Shown here in pieces: positions 39,198 to 39,227 of a DNA stretch of 39,227 bases. Position 1 is the stretch's first letter; every line of letters begins with the position of its first letter. The DNA lies in IMG/VR virus record IMGVR_UViG_3300045988_042791, positions 1 to 39,227 of that record; one strand, 5' to 3'. The notes beneath the pieces are model-generated. The model did no database searches and was not told where the DNA came from. It saw only the letters and a list, made by a program, of their open reading frames with translations. The DNA comes from a virus. Position numbers and translations under genes: made by a program.

Positions 39198-39227
39198 CCA
39201 AAAGTGCCTCCAGCGGGACTCGAACCC
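39187..39227. repeat. attR core (identical to 1-41)
   Basis: Exact 41-bp match. Confidence 0.9.
39204..39227 (-). tRNA. 3' end of a host tRNA gene (T-arm and acceptor 3' strand); the body lies beyond the window
   Basis: GGGTTCGAGTCCCGC-TGGAGGC-A on the minus strand. Isotype cannot be determined from this fragment. Confidence 0.6.

Larger units (their letters stand above)
1..39227. mobile_element. Complete integrated temperate prophage (integrase, lysogeny switch, early/recombination genes, packaging, head, tail and lysis modules) bounded by att repeats
   Basis: Identical 41-bp repeats at both ends. A full complement of phage modules lies between them. Confidence 0.9.

Overview
The window is one complete integrated temperate prophage of about 39.2 kb with siphovirus-type, HK97-like structural genes. 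The host looks like a high-GC Gram-positive (actinobacterial, possibly Bifidobacterium-like); that is inferred only from composition and gene content. An identical 41-bp direct repeat sits at both window edges (1-41 and 39187-39227) and carries the 3' end of a minus-strand tRNA gene. Layout, left to right: attL; tyrosine integrase (-); a strongly promoted plus-strand operon of two tiny membrane peptides plus an excisionase-family HTH; and a frameshifted orphan adenine methyltransferase (-). The minus-strand late operon is read right to left from about 25.3 kb. It runs: promoter, terminator hairpin, an aberrant 151-nt tRNA-like element, HNH, TerS, TerL, portal, protease, capsid, connectors, major tail protein (with an Ig domain reachable by -1 frameshift), G/G-T chaperones, tape measure, Dit, a 1629-aa Tal/fibre, two unknowns, three paralogous small CBM-like cassette genes, membrane proteins, an internal terminator, endolysin, holin and a final terminator. 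From 26 to 35.9 kb lies the minus-strand early operon: Cro-like regulator, BRO/KilAC antirepressor, HTH proteins, YqaJ exonuclease, RecT, SSB, RusA, a PD-(D/E)XK-like nuclease, a replication organiser with ori-like repeats inside it, and a zinc-ribbon/HTH late regulator. From 36.1 to 38 kb lies the plus-strand lysogeny operon: XRE repressor, ImmA/IrrE protease, lipoprotein and a 96-aa protein. An AT-rich island with an exonuclease-fragment ORF, a dense inverted-repeat array and a wHTH protein precedes attR. The best leads are: (1) the OFF-state methyltransferase, split at a C7 tract and carrying a perfect (ELKAA)5 15-bp tandem repeat; (2) the triple cassette array with a shared C-terminal F-x-GDTMP tail and a G9 tract in one cassette; (3) a lambda-Q-like late control module (consensus promoter, immediate terminator, terminators inside the operon) with a tRNA-like RNA lacking an anticodon arm in the leader. 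No database search or folding program was run, so all family assignments come from motif recognition by eye.
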